The position numbers and the translations under genes are program-made. A DNA stretch of 64,000 nt, taken from the NCBI GenBank assembly GCA_965215425.1, contig OZ244064.1, positions 2,362,319 through 2,426,318 on the forward strand, written 5' to 3'. Shown here one piece after another: positions 1 to 9,876 of this stretch (its first letter is position 1; each line of letters opens with the position of its first letter). Under the pieces are notes generated by a model, which was given only the letters and a program-made list of their open reading frames with translations, was not told the DNA's origin and made no database searches. The DNA comes from Dehalococcoidia bacterium (GTDB lineage: Bacteria > Chloroflexota > Dehalococcoidia > Lucifugimonadales > UBA3495).

Positions 1-991
1 GAACCCGCTCCTGAAAAAGCCCGACCCGCATCACCTCCACCATATCCTCGGTCATGTTGTCCGAACCCAGGCCGATGGCGCAGCCGGCGGCCTGCAACTC
101 CCTCACCGGGGCGGCGGCGCCCCGCCGGGCGGCGATGGCGGCGTTGTTGGCGATGCCCACCCCGGCCCGGCCCAGCAAGGCAATCTCCGAGGGAGTAACG
201 TAGCGGCAATGGGCGGCTACCAACCGCGGCCCCAGCAGCTCATTGGCGTAGAGGTAGTGGGTCGGGGGCACGCCCCGGGTTCGCAGCACCGCTTCCACTT
301 CCACCCGGCTTTGGGACAGGTGTATGGTGTAGCCCACGCCGTAGTCCTCGGCCAGTTCCCGCGTCTGCCGCAGCAGAGCCGGCGAGCAGGTTTCCGGCGC
401 ATGGGGCGCCAGAAAGCAGGCAACCCGGCCGGCGTCAAAGTTGTGCCACCGGGCCACCAGGTCGGCGCTTCGCTGTAATCCCTCCTCCCGGCGGGCCGCC
501 TCGAACTCATAGCCGCCTTCCCTCAACCGGGTCGGGTTGGCGTCGCTGATGTTTTCCGCCAGCGCCAGCCGCAAGCCGGTATCGGCCAGGGTCTGGGCAT
601 AACCGGCGACGCCTTCGGCGATTTCCAGCAGGCAGGTGGCGCCGCTGCGGATGGCTTCCAGTGCGCCCAGGGTTGCCATAACCTGCCGTTCCGCAACGGT
701 CAGTAACGAGCGGGCCGAAACCGGGAACCGCAGGGTAGTGGGAAACCCGAAGTCTTCCAAAATGCCCCGGTCGGCGGTCGCCAGCAGATGGGTATGGCAG
801 TTAATCAGCCCGGGAAAGACGGCCTTGCCCCGCCCGTTGACTACCTCGGCATTGGGGAATTGGGCCGCTATTTCGCCGGATGCGCCCAGGGCGGCGATGG
901 CCCTGTCGCGCACCGCCAGGGCCGCATCGTAAAGTATAGTGCGGGCCGGGTCGCCGGTTACGATGGTTGTATTGGTAATTACCGTGTCCAT
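1..991 (-). CDS. amidohydrolase-superfamily metal hydrolase (deaminase/chlorohydrolase-like); C-terminus lies outside the window
   Basis: Own translation of the minus strand from ATG (complement of 989-991): MDTVITNTTIVTGDPARTILYDAALAVRDRAIAAL...GKAVFPGLINCHTHLL. It has the HxH metal motif and the frame stays open to position 1. It is absent from the ORF track because it runs off the window edge. Confidence 0.75.
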   Translation of the reverse strand, partial: MDTVITNTTIVTGDPARTILYDAALAVRDRAIAALGASGEIAAQFPNAEVVNGRGKAVFPGLINCHTHLLATADRGILEDFGFPTTLRFPVSARSLLTVAERQVMATLGALEAIRSGATCLLEIAEGVAGYAQTLADTGLRLALAENISDANPTRLREGGYEFEAARREEGLQRSADLVARWHNFDAGRVACFLAPHAPETCSPALLRQTRELAEDYGVGYTIHLSQSRVEVEAVLRTRGVPPTHYLYANELLGPRLVAAHCRYVTPSEIALLGRAGVGIANNAAIAARRGAAAPVRELQAAGCAIGLGSDNMTEDMVEVMRVGLFQERV

Positions 992-1135
992 ATGTGGCAA
1001 TCCCCCATTTAAGGCTTAAGGCTGACACCGGACCGGCGGTGGTGTAGGATGGGGTGGCGCAGGATTGAAGGTAAAGTCGGCCAATGCCCGGCAGCCCCGG
1101 AATCGCAGATTGTAGATTGGTATTGTGGATTCAGT

Positions 1136-1993
1136 ATGGATTATCGGATGAAACGCGCCCTTATCATACGCCATTCCGCCGCAGAAACGTTAGGCGGGAA
1201 CTTTACCGCCCTGCTGGAAGGGCAGGGATTTCAGTTGCTTGCCCTTGACGTCTTTGCGTCGGCGCCGGACTATGACCGTTTCCTGGCCCCGGAGTTGTCG
1301 GAAGTCAGCTTGATAATCGCCTTGGGCGGCCCGCTGTCGGCCAACGATGATTTTCTGGCGCTGCGCCGGGAGCGAGCTTACCTGCAAGCCGCCGTCGCCC
1401 AGGGGACGCCGGTATTCGCCGTCTGCCTGGGGGCGCAGCTGCTGGCCGTTGCCCTGGGTGGGGTGGTGGAGCCGACGGGAGGTTACCAGTTCGGCCTGCG
1501 CCGGCTCTCCGTTACTGCCGCCGGGGATGCCGATAGGGTATTTGGTCGAATTAGCGTGCCGCTGGCGCCCACCCTGCACGGCGACCACTTTTCCATTCCG
1601 GACGGTGCGGTGAAGCTGGCTGAGGGATATATGCTGTGCCGGGATGGGGGCTACCGGAAAATAAATATGGCCTTTCGCTACGGCAATTCCTACGGTTTTC
1701 AGTTTGAGCCGCAATTGACGCTGGACGAATTGCGGGTCTGGAATCGGGAACTGCTTGACGACTATAAATTGATGGGGGAAGAGTTCGACCCGGTGGAAGA
1801 GGCGGCCCGCAACCTGCGGGAGTTTTCCAGGTATGCGCCCCAACACGAAGCTCAAATGCGGGAGCTGCTGCGGGCCTTTCTGGAAAACGCCGGTCTGCTG
1901 GCCGCTGCTGCGGCCGGGGCCGACCTTCCGCTCCCGGACGACCCGCAATCGGCTGGCGGGGCGAGCCGGAACCCGGTGAACCCGGTCGAGTAA
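1136..1993 (+). CDS. class I glutamine amidotransferase-like protein
   Basis: ORF 1049..1993. The motif VFAVCLGAQLLAVALGG contains the nucleophile Cys of the GATase1 elbow. The internal ATG at 1136 (MDYRMKRALIIRH) is the likely start. Confidence 0.7.
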   Translation: MDYRMKRALIIRHSAAETLGGNFTALLEGQGFQLLALDVFASAPDYDRFLAPELSEVSLIIALGGPLSANDDFLALRRERAYLQAAVAQGTPVFAVCLGAQLLAVALGGVVEPTGGYQFGLRRLSVTAAGDADRVFGRISVPLAPTLHGDHFSIPDGAVKLAEGYMLCRDGGYRKINMAFRYGNSYGFQFEPQLTLDELRVWNRELLDDYKLMGEEFDPVEEAARNLREFSRYAPQHEAQMRELLRAFLENAGLLAAAAAGADLPLPDDPQSAGGASRNPVNPVE

Positions 1994-2075
1994 GCCACAT
2001 CCTTAATAATAGAAATGGACTCAGTAGACTCGGAACGCAACCCAATTAACTCGGCGGATGCTTCGGCAAACCGGA

Positions 2076-2903
2076 CTACCTTTCTTTAGCCAGGTTGGTT
2101 ACCAGGTTATAGGAAAACCAGCCGTCTCCGGTGATAAATATCTGGGGCCGGGCGTTGGCGGCGTCCCGGACGAGGCTGAACCCGTCGGAGGTAGCGTCAA
2201 AAGAAACGATCCTGGAATAGGGAACGCGGAAACTCTTTTCCGTTCCCTTGAAATAAACATGCTTGTCGGTAATGCCCACCGTGCCGGTATCAACGCGTTC
2301 CGTTACATTATGCTCGATGCTTTCGCTCCGGAAGGACCGGGGCGAGTAATAAACTCCCCGCATAACCCGAACGCCGACGCCGGAGGACGAGCCTTGCCGT
2401 ATCCGTCGGGTGCGTCTTTCGTAGTAGCCAACGTTGAAAAAGGTCCAGACCGGCTTTTCCGACTTCTGAAAATTGAAGGGCGGGTTATCGGTCCGGTGCG
2501 GATCATCGGGCAATTTGCCTTCGCACACCTCCCGCAAAACCGCGCCCCGGGTCAGCCGGTCTAAAGCCAGGGTGCCGACGCCCCGTTCCAGGTGGAAACG
2601 GCGGGCATAATCCCGCAAACTTTCCTCCTCTTCCCGGGTCAGCAGACCATCCTCAAGGGACATAGCCACGGCCCGTTTCAACCCCTCGAACATGGTGGCC
2701 CGGACCATCGCCGGCGGCACAAAGTTGGCGCTGGCGATCTGGAACAATTCCTGCGGCAGGTTGTCGGACGTATTCCTTCCCGTCGCCGCCGCAATGGTCC
2801 GTGCGACCATCGCCCGCCGGCCCGAATTGTATCGTTTGGCGCACTCTGAATGAGCGCCCCGCAGAAAGCCGGCCGTTTCCCCGCAATGCCTGCAATCGCC
2901 CAT
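2076..2903 (-). CDS. hypothetical protein with an N-terminal Cys-rich (CxxC...C) segment and a possible PH/GRAM-like C-terminal half
   Basis: 275-aa ORF with coding-like composition (MGDCRHCGETAGFLRGAHSEC...). I recognise no specific family. Confidence 0.55.
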   Translation of the reverse strand: MGDCRHCGETAGFLRGAHSECAKRYNSGRRAMVARTIAAATGRNTSDNLPQELFQIASANFVPPAMVRATMFEGLKRAVAMSLEDGLLTREEEESLRDYARRFHLERGVGTLALDRLTRGAVLREVCEGKLPDDPHRTDNPPFNFQKSEKPVWTFFNVGYYERRTRRIRQGSSSGVGVRVMRGVYYSPRSFRSESIEHNVTERVDTGTVGITDKHVYFKGTEKSFRVPYSRIVSFDATSDGFSLVRDAANARPQIFITGDGWFSYNLVTNLAKER

Positions 2904-3000
2904 GGCTCAGCTCCTGATTCAGTCGTCTATGGGTAGTCCGGGCAGCAATGCAGCCACCGGTAATTATAGAATTGCCGGGAGGTTTATTGCAATTGCGGCC

Positions 3001-3010
3001 GGCGCCGCGG
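3001..3010. repeat. left copy of the 10-bp target-site duplication GGCGCCGCGG flanking the IS
   Basis: An identical 10-mer occurs at 3001-3010 and 4207-4216, directly abutting the two inverted repeats. Confidence 0.8.
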
Positions 3011-4206
3011 CAGGGTCTTTCTATTCTCAAGGGCAGGCCAGTCCGAGGAGGCGGAGGGCCTGTCCGGGCAGCCAGCCGGTCTGCCGCAGCGCCGCGGCGA
3101 CGTTCTTGACGCCATTCAACCGCAGCAGGCACAGCGTTGCGTTGCGCAGCACCGCCATCACTTCCGGCGCCGCCCCCTTGCGCACCTGGCTGGCGTCCTC
3201 ACCCAAGGTTACGTCCCGGACGTAGTGCAGGCGATTTTCAATCTCCCAATGCCCCCGCACATAGCGCCGCTGCGCCGCTGGCCCCATCTCCCGGCCCAGG
3301 CTGGTGACGGCGTAGCGTGTCTCCGTGGTGGTCTGTCCCTTTTGCTCCACTCGCCGCCGCACTTCGCAGACTGGCCGCACCCCCGGCCAGTCCAGACATT
3401 CCTTCAGGTATTCGTTCAGGGCCTCCGTGGTCCGCAGTTGCCGCCTTTCAAGGCGGTCCCCATGCCGTCCCTGCTGCCGGGCCTTCCGGTACTTCGCGCC
3501 CCAGACCGGCCGGGCAAAGGCCAAGGCAATGGCCTCATACAGTTCCGGTTGGTTCTTCTTCACAATGACCAGGTAGTCTCCCCCGGCCTCCAGCGCCTGT
3601 TGGCAGTAGTCCCGCTGACAATACAAGGCGTCCCCGGTAATCAGATTACCGGCCACCGGCAGCAGTTCCGCCGTCAGTTGCCGGGCCGTTGTCAGTTCCC
3701 CCTGTCCTGTCCTGACCCCCCTTTTGCCCCACCGTCAGGCCGGAACCGTGGGCATGGCCGGCCACCAGGCGCATCCCGGGCAGTTCCTCCCCGTGAATCC
3801 CGCGCAATGCCTTGCCATCCACCGCAATGGCAACCCGCCCCCCAGCATCCCGGGCCAGATATTGCCGGCTCCATCGGGCCACCGCCTGTTCAAAGGCGGC
3901 CACGTCCAGCCCGCGAAACACCCGGTGCAGGCACGATACCGCCGGCGTTTTGGGATGGGTGAATCCCAGGGCGGCCACCGTGGCCCCATCCTGACAGCGC
4001 CCCCACTGGTGAATGGCGTAGAGGCTGCGGGCTCCCGAGAGCATGGCGCATACGGCCAGGGTGAGAATGGCCGGCAAGGGGTGGCGGCGTCCGCTGCGGG
4101 CTCGAAAATCCGGCACGGCGGCAAAAGCCGCTTGCAAACTTCGACCTGCTTCCAGCGTATCCATACCCCGGATTATATTCATCCCCCAGAGAATAGAAAG
4201 ACCCTG
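3011..4206 (-). mobile_element. ISAs1-family insertion sequence (1196 bp)
   Basis: Perfect 18-bp terminal inverted repeats: CAGGGTCTTTCTATTCTC at 3011-3028 and its reverse complement at 4189-4206. The element is flanked by a 10-bp direct repeat and encloses an ISAs1-type transposase. Confidence 0.85.
3027..4182 (-). pseudogene. ISAs1-family DDE transposase split into two overlapping frames
   Basis: ORF 3646..4287 carries the N-terminal domain (FAAVPDFRARSGRRHPLPAILTLAVCAMLSGARSLYAIHQWG). ORF 3027..3656 carries the C-terminal domain (ITGDALYCQ...RGHWEIENRLHYVRDVTLGEDAS). The C-terminal frame is open from 3733, so the frames overlap across an A4G6 run (plus-strand C6T4 at 3715-3724). The start must lie inside the IS, probably the ATG at 4180-4182. 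Confidence 0.8.
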
Positions 4207-4216
4207 GGCGCCGCGG
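4207..4216. repeat. right copy of the 10-bp target-site duplication GGCGCCGCGG
   Basis: See 3001-3010. Confidence 0.8.
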
Positions 4217-4303
4217 CCCCCGCCTTTGGCTATACCGCCTGGCTGGGTTATTGGGTTATAATGGGGCGGCGCCAGAGCCGGGCGCATTGCCGGGAGGGGA
4301 GCA

Positions 4304-5440
4304 ATGAGCGCTATTTACCTGGACTATAATGCCACTACGCCGATTGACCCGGAGGTGGCCGAGGCGATGCTGCCTTATGTCCATGCCTATTTTGGCAACC
4401 CCTCCAGCGGCCACTCCTTTGGCTTGGCGGCCCGGCAAGGGGTTGACCGGGCGCGCCGGCAAGTAGCCGGGCTGCTGGGCTGCGCCGAGGCGGACCTGAT
4501 CTTTACCAGCGGCGGCACCGAGGCCAACAACCATGCCATCAAGGGAGTCGCCGCCGCTTATCGCGACCGGGGCAACCACATCATCACCTCTACGGTGGAG
4601 CACCCGGCGGTAACCGAAGTTTGCCGCTACCTGGAAGGGCGGGGCTGCCGGATTACCTGGCTGCCGGTGGACCAGTACGGGCTGGTGGAGCCGCTCCAGG
4701 TAGAGCGGGTCATCACCCCTCAAACTCTGCTGGTTACCATAATGCACGCCAACAACGAAGTTGGCTCCGTCGAGCCCATCGCCGAAATCGCCGAAATCGC
4801 CCACCGTTACGGTGCCCTGATGCATACCGACGCCGCCCAATCGGTCGGCAAAATACCAGTTCGGGTGGACGAGTTAGGCGTGGACTTGCTGTCCATTGCC
4901 GGCCACAAGCTCTATGCTCCCAAGGGCATCGGCGCCCTTTACATCCGCCCCGGCGTCCGATTGGAAAAGCTGATGCACGGGGCCAACCACGAGATGAACC
5001 GCCGGGCCGGCACCGAGAACGTCATTGAGCTGGTGGGGCTGGGCGCTGCCTGCGAACTGATTGAACGGAACCTGTCCGGCTATGTCCGCCAGATGCGGGA
5101 AATGCGCGACCGGTTGGAGTCGGGTTTGCTGGACTCCGGGATGGACTTACGGGTGAACGGCCACCGGAAAAAGCGGCTGCCCAACACCTCCAGCGTCAGT
5201 TTCAAGGGTCTGGAGGCCGACCGTATCCTGGGTGGACTGGAGCTGGTAGCCGCCTCTGCGGGGGCCGCTTGCCACAGCGACCGGGTAGAGGTGTCTCCCG
5301 TACTGGCGGCGATGAACGTTCCGTTGGAATACGCCATGGGAACCCTGCGGTTTTCCACCGGCCGGCACACTGCCACTGCGGAAATAGACCAGGCCCTGGC
5401 GGAGATAAGAAAGGTTGTCCGCCAACTGGCGAAACCCTGA
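4304..5440 (+). CDS. cysteine desulfurase (NifS/IscS class, PLP-dependent)
   Basis: MSAIYLDYNATTPIDPEV...FTSGGTEANNHAIKG...SIAGHKLYAPKGIGALYIR (PLP-lysine motif). RBS GGAGGGGAG lies upstream of the ATG. Confidence 0.9.
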   Translation: MSAIYLDYNATTPIDPEVAEAMLPYVHAYFGNPSSGHSFGLAARQGVDRARRQVAGLLGCAEADLIFTSGGTEANNHAIKGVAAAYRDRGNHIITSTVEHPAVTEVCRYLEGRGCRITWLPVDQYGLVEPLQVERVITPQTLLVTIMHANNEVGSVEPIAEIAEIAHRYGALMHTDAAQSVGKIPVRVDELGVDLLSIAGHKLYAPKGIGALYIRPGVRLEKLMHGANHEMNRRAGTENVIELVGLGAACELIERNLSGYVRQMREMRDRLESGLLDSGMDLRVNGHRKKRLPNTSSVSFKGLEADRILGGLELVAASAGAACHSDRVEVSPVLAAMNVPLEYAMGTLRFSTGRHTATAEIDQALAEIRKVVRQLAKP

Positions 5441-5548
5441 CCCGGAGCGCAAAAACCTCGGCGCCTCGGTGCTTCGGTGTATCGATACACCGCTGCGTCT
5501 CCCGGTGAAAAACCCTCGCCCATAAAAAAACCTGTAGGAGAGGAAAAT

Positions 5549-6907
5549 ATGACCACACTGCCCAACCCGGGCGCTTTGGACCCGGAAGCCCTGGCCGGTT
5601 TCCGAGCAGATTTTGAGTCCCAACCGGCCTACCGCCTGATGCAGAACGTAGTTACCCAGCACGATGTGAACGACGTGGCCCTGAATCGGAGCATCGTTAC
5701 CGAGGCCACCCATTCCTTTTCCACCGCTCTGGATGACTGGAGCGTAACCAACCAGGCCCGTTCCGGTCGTTGTTGGATGTTCGCCGGCCTCAACCTGTTC
5801 CGAGCGGAAACCCGTAACCTGCTGAACGTCAAGGAGTTTGAGTTCAGCCAGAACTACGTGATGTTCTGGGACAAGATGGAGCGGGCTAACTACATTCTGG
5901 AAGCGGTGATGGAGACTGCCGACCGGCCGGTGGACGACCGCGTGGTAGCGTGGCTGCTGCACCAACCCCTGGGCGATGGCGGCCAGTGGGATATGTTCAT
6001 CAGCTTGGTCCGCAAGCACGGCGTTGTTCCCAAGACGGTGATGCCCGAAACGGAAAGCTCCGGCAATTCGGCCCGGATGAACGCCAGCCTGAATTACCAG
6101 GTGCGCCAGGGCGCGCGTAACATCCGTCGCCAGTACGCTGCGGAGTCTGGCCTGGAGGCGATGCGGCGAGCCAAGCAAGAAACCCTGCAAGCGGTGTACC
6201 GGATTCTCTGCATCCACCTGGGCAACCCGCCGGACAGCTTTGATTGGCAGTGGAAGGACAAGGACGGAGACTTTCACCGGGATGGGACAATGACGCCGCT
6301 GGAGTTCGCCGAGAAGTATATCGCCACGCCTATGGAGGAGTATGTCTGCCTGGTTCACGACCCCCGGCCGGACAACCCCCCGGGCCGCACCTATACCGTC
6401 CAGTACCTGGGCAACGTGGTGGACGGGACGCGCATCAAGTACCTCAACGTGGATATCGAGCTGATGAAGGACGTTACCATGCGGATGCTGCTGGACGGTC
6501 AGCCGGTCTGGATGGGCTGCGACACCGGCAAGCAGATGCATCGGGACCAGGGCTTGTGGGACGCCGACTTGTTCGACTACGCCGGCGTCTATGGCGCCGG
6601 ATTTGACCTGGACAAGGCGGAACGGTTGGAGTACCGTCAGACGGCGATGACCCACGCCATGCTCTTTACCGGCGTGGACGTGGTGGACGGCCAACCCCGG
6701 CGCTGGCGGGTGGAAAACAGTTGGAATGACAAGGTGGGCGACAAGGGCTTTTTCCTGATGAACGACTCCTGGTTCGCCGAGTATATGTTCGAAATAGCCG
6801 CCCCCAAAAGCTATCTACCCGAGGAGTTACAGGCGGCCCTGGACCTGGAACCGGTAGCGCTGCCGCCGTGGGATCCGATGGGGAGTTTGGCGGGTAGCAG
6901 GAGTTAG
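5549..6907 (+). CDS. pepC: aminopeptidase C / bleomycin-hydrolase-type cysteine peptidase (C1B)
   Basis: NQARSGRCWMFAGLN active-site Cys motif. Start chosen at ATG 5549 (MTTLPNPG), preceded by GGAGAGG. Confidence 0.8.
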   Translation: MTTLPNPGALDPEALAGFRADFESQPAYRLMQNVVTQHDVNDVALNRSIVTEATHSFSTALDDWSVTNQARSGRCWMFAGLNLFRAETRNLLNVKEFEFSQNYVMFWDKMERANYILEAVMETADRPVDDRVVAWLLHQPLGDGGQWDMFISLVRKHGVVPKTVMPETESSGNSARMNASLNYQVRQGARNIRRQYAAESGLEAMRRAKQETLQAVYRILCIHLGNPPDSFDWQWKDKDGDFHRDGTMTPLEFAEKYIATPMEEYVCLVHDPRPDNPPGRTYTVQYLGNVVDGTRIKYLNVDIELMKDVTMRMLLDGQPVWMGCDTGKQMHRDQGLWDADLFDYAGVYGAGFDLDKAERLEYRQTAMTHAMLFTGVDVVDGQPRRWRVENSWNDKVGDKGFFLMNDSWFAEYMFEIAAPKSYLPEELQAALDLEPVALPPWDPMGSLAGSRS

Positions 6908-6974
6908 CTAGGAAGTCATTCACGCCTGAGAGCCAATGTAATATCCCGCCCGCCAGTCCTTTACATAACCCTAA

Positions 6975-7003
6975 TTGACACTCTATCTCCCGCGTAGTAA
7001 TCT
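6975..7003 (+). promoter_or_regulatory. candidate sigma70-type promoter for the dienelactone hydrolase gene
   Basis: TTGACA (6975-6980), 17-nt spacer, TAATCT (6998-7003). Confidence 0.35.
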
Positions 7004-7078
7004 GCTACCAAGCGCCGGGGCTGGAACTTGACGGGCCCGGCGGAGTTACGACACAATGTTGCTTTGGAGGGAAAACTT

Positions 7079-7864
7079 ATGCCTTATGAAGGTTTGATTG
7101 CCGAAACGGTGAACATTCGAGGCCACAACGGCGACCTGATTGACGCTTATCTGGCCCGCCCCCTGGGTTCCGGCCCCTTCCCCGGCGTGGTGATGATCCA
7201 CCATATGCCCGGCTGGGATGAGGCCACCAAGGAGATGGCGCGCAAGCTGGCCCACAACGGGATTGTCTGCATCTCCCCCAACCTCCACTTTCGGGAGGGT
7301 CAAGGCGACCCGACGGCCAACAGCGCCAGTGTCCGGGAGGCCGGCGGGATGCCCGACGACCGCACCCTGGGCGACGTGGCCGGGGCGCGGGACTATCTGC
7401 GCACCTTGCCCTACCACAATGACAAGGTGGGGGTCATCGGCTTCTGCTCCGGCGGACGCCAAACCTACCTGGTGGCCTGTCGTCTGGAAGGGATTGACGC
7501 GGCGGTGAACTGCTGGGGCGGCGGGGTAACCACGGTGCCGGAGGGAGAACTGGAACGCTCCCGGCAGCCGGTAGCCCCGGTGGACTACACCGCCAGCCTG
7601 AACTGTCCGCTGCTGGGCCTGTTCGGCAACGAGGACGCCCGCCCCTCGCCCCAGGATGTTAACGACCTGGAAGCCGCTCTGAAGGAGCACGGCAAGGAGT
7701 ACGAGTTCTTCCGCTACGACAACGCCGGCCACGGCTTCTTCGCCGTTGACCGCCCCAGCTATCGCCAGGAAGCTGCCGTGGATGGCTGGAAGCAGGTCCT
7801 CCGCTTCTACAACACCCACCTGGCCGCCGAAGCGCGGGAAATGGCCGGCGTGGCGGACGACTAA
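7079..7864 (+). CDS. dienelactone hydrolase family protein
   Basis: PFPGVVMIHHMPGWDE...GVIGFCSGGRQ nucleophile motif. ATG 7079 is preceded by GGAGGG. Confidence 0.8.
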   Translation: MPYEGLIAETVNIRGHNGDLIDAYLARPLGSGPFPGVVMIHHMPGWDEATKEMARKLAHNGIVCISPNLHFREGQGDPTANSASVREAGGMPDDRTLGDVAGARDYLRTLPYHNDKVGVIGFCSGGRQTYLVACRLEGIDAAVNCWGGGVTTVPEGELERSRQPVAPVDYTASLNCPLLGLFGNEDARPSPQDVNDLEAALKEHGKEYEFFRYDNAGHGFFAVDRPSYRQEAAVDGWKQVLRFYNTHLAAEAREMAGVADD

Positions 7865-7918
7865 CCTCGGTCTAAACCGGCGACTGCTGACCTGGTAAGG
7901 GGCCGTAGCCGGAATTCC

Positions 7919-7968
7919 GTCAACAAAGCCGCCCCGGGACGTTTCCGTCCCGGGGCGGCTTTGTTGAC
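7919..7968. terminator. perfect 22-bp-stem hairpin between convergent genes (bidirectional terminator candidate; no clear U-tract)
   Basis: GTCAACAAAGCCGCCCCGGGAC, 6-nt loop gtttcc, then GTCCCGGGGCGGCTTTGTTGAC. Confidence 0.5.
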
Positions 7969-7989
7969 GCTGGATAACCAGGGGTGTAA

Positions 7990-9876
7990 CTAACCGGCGT
8001 GCTCTTGCCAACCCCAGGGATTACGGGCGAGGGCTTGGTGGGTCCGGGCCTTTTCCAGCTTCTTGAAAAACTTATCAAGCAGCTGCGTTTGTCGGATAGC
8101 CCGTTTTTGTTCTTCAGTTTGCCAGGAGTGACTGGTGATAACCTTGTACTCTTTGGCAACGGATTGGTCCGCTTCTTGTTCTACACCGACTCGCCCCAGC
8201 CGGTCGATGACCAGTCGCAGCTTGTGGTTAACCAACCGCGTATTGATCGAAGGGTTTTCTTCCGTATCCCGGTATTCTTTCCCCACCGGTTGACGCTCTG
8301 CCTCCTCATTGTCCGGGTTGGTAGTTTTTAATAAAACGCCTTCGGGAGTGGTAACGGTCAACTCGTACCGCGTATCGCTGTGCGGATCATCCGGTTCTTC
8401 CCGCAAGGAATCCCGGGACTTAAAGTTTCCAAAAGGCTGTCGCGGGGAAGGCGCCAGGGGGGAATAAGGTTCGTAATGCACTTTCTCCCCGGTTTGCAGG
8501 TCCTCGAGGGTAATCCGCACCGGTAAGCGGTTAACATACAGAGGGCTATATTCACCGCTATAAGCATAGCAAGCCCCGGCGCTGATGGCGGTCAACTCCG
8601 GGTCGGGGATTTCCGGTGGAATCAGCTCGGCCGTCGGGATTACCCTGGTGTCTCCGAATCTATTTTGGATCTCAGCCAGGAAAACCGGTGATTTGGTAGG
8701 CCCGCCACACAGGATAATGCCGTCGATATCCCCGGCCATATCAGCCCAGTTCAGTTGCCAGACGAACTTTACGTCGCGGGTTTCCGGATTGCGCTGAATA
8801 ACTTCTCCAGAGGGAACATCAGTCCGTTCCCAAAGCCATTCAAAATGCTCCCGGAGATAACTCTCTTCGTTGGGAGCAGCTTCAAGCTCTTTCAGGGCAT
8901 TCTCAATTACTTCCGGTGGAACATCATCCCAATTCCGGCGCCAAATGTATTTTGCGCCGATGTAGGCGTCTCGCATGGCGCTCAGGGTCTTGGTGATGAA
9001 CTGACCTTCTTTGACCGCCCTTTTGTAATCCTCCCAAGAGAGGGTTTTACCGCCGGGCAGATTCTGCGGGGTTGAGGGGCCGACCACTTCCTTTGCCAGA
9101 CGCAGCAAATTGGGATTGCCGGTATGCTCCAAATAGCCGGCCAGCAGGTGGTCAATGTCGGAACCACCGATGACGGGGTTGCCGTCGGCGCCGTAGATAA
9201 TCATTTGCCTGGCGCCGACCTGGCACAAGGCACAGTCAAAGGAACCGCCCCCCAAGTCATAAACCATGTAGGAACTAACCGGCTTGTCGGTATCCGGCTT
9301 TAGGGCTCCCAGTTCGTGCGCCAGGGCCAGGAGCAACAGGGGCTCTTCCACAATTCGGCTGACCTCACCTTTTCCGGCTCCTCCCAGGTCAGTAATGACT
9401 TGGGCCAGTTCGGAGCGATAGGTTAGTCCGGCGTGAACCGGACAGCCCGCGCGCCACTCGAACCCTGGCTCCAACTCGGCCCGGCGAAAGGCCTCCTGCA
9501 ACATCAGGGACAACAGGTCTTTGACCGGGAACTCCTGGCCCCAAATTTGGATGCAGCGGGAATCCCGGTTCCACCAGGAAGGCCACCCCGTTTCGCGGAC
9601 TTCCAGGTGCCACCGAACAAAGGGGTCGTGGGCCAGGGCAAAGCGCTTGACGTTGCGGACGACTACCTGATTGGAGTTATCTTCCAGATTATCCGCGTCC
9701 TCGCCAACGATGGTTTCCACCTCTCCGCCGGGTTGACGACGAAAGGCCACCACTGTCGGCATGGTGTAGGCGTCCCCCTGCCCGATGGTCAGCGGTTGAG
9801 GCAGCTGACCGGACTCAGGGTCCCAGGTGGAAACCCGCAGGTTGGTGGTTCCCAGGTCTATGCCGACTACTTGCAT
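7990..9876 (-). CDS. atypical Hsp70/DnaK-family ATPase with a non-canonical C-terminal region
   Basis: Actin-fold/Hsp70 motifs are present: VGIDLGTTNLRV (phosphate-1), VYDLGGGSFDCAL (phosphate-2) and IILCGGPTKSPVF (adenosine). The C-terminal ~230 aa do not resemble a canonical DnaK substrate-binding domain or lid. RBS GGAGGG lies 6 nt upstream, inside the preceding gene. Confidence 0.8.
   Translation of the reverse strand: MQVVGIDLGTTNLRVSTWDPESGQLPQPLTIGQGDAYTMPTVVAFRRQPGGEVETIVGEDADNLEDNSNQVVVRNVKRFALAHDPFVRWHLEVRETGWPSWWNRDSRCIQIWGQEFPVKDLLSLMLQEAFRRAELEPGFEWRAGCPVHAGLTYRSELAQVITDLGGAGKGEVSRIVEEPLLLLALAHELGALKPDTDKPVSSYMVYDLGGGSFDCALCQVGARQMIIYGADGNPVIGGSDIDHLLAGYLEHTGNPNLLRLAKEVVGPSTPQNLPGGKTLSWEDYKRAVKEGQFITKTLSAMRDAYIGAKYIWRRNWDDVPPEVIENALKELEAAPNEESYLREHFEWLWERTDVPSGEVIQRNPETRDVKFVWQLNWADMAGDIDGIILCGGPTKSPVFLAEIQNRFGDTRVIPTAELIPPEIPDPELTAISAGACYAYSGEYSPLYVNRLPVRITLEDLQTGEKVHYEPYSPLAPSPRQPFGNFKSRDSLREEPDDPHSDTRYELTVTTPEGVLLKTTNPDNEEAERQPVGKEYRDTEENPSINTRLVNHKLRLVIDRLGRVGVEQEADQSVAKEYKVITSHSWQTEEQKRAIRQTQLLDKFFKKLEKARTHQALARNPWGWQEHAG

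Noticed and set aside
2902-3225. 107-aa plus-strand ORF spanning the IS boundary
   Set aside because: It crosses the IS inverted repeat and target duplication and is antisense to the transposase C-terminus.
5147-6694. 515-aa minus-strand ORF
   Set aside because: It is antisense to pepC, whose active-site motif QxxSGRCW lies on the plus strand.
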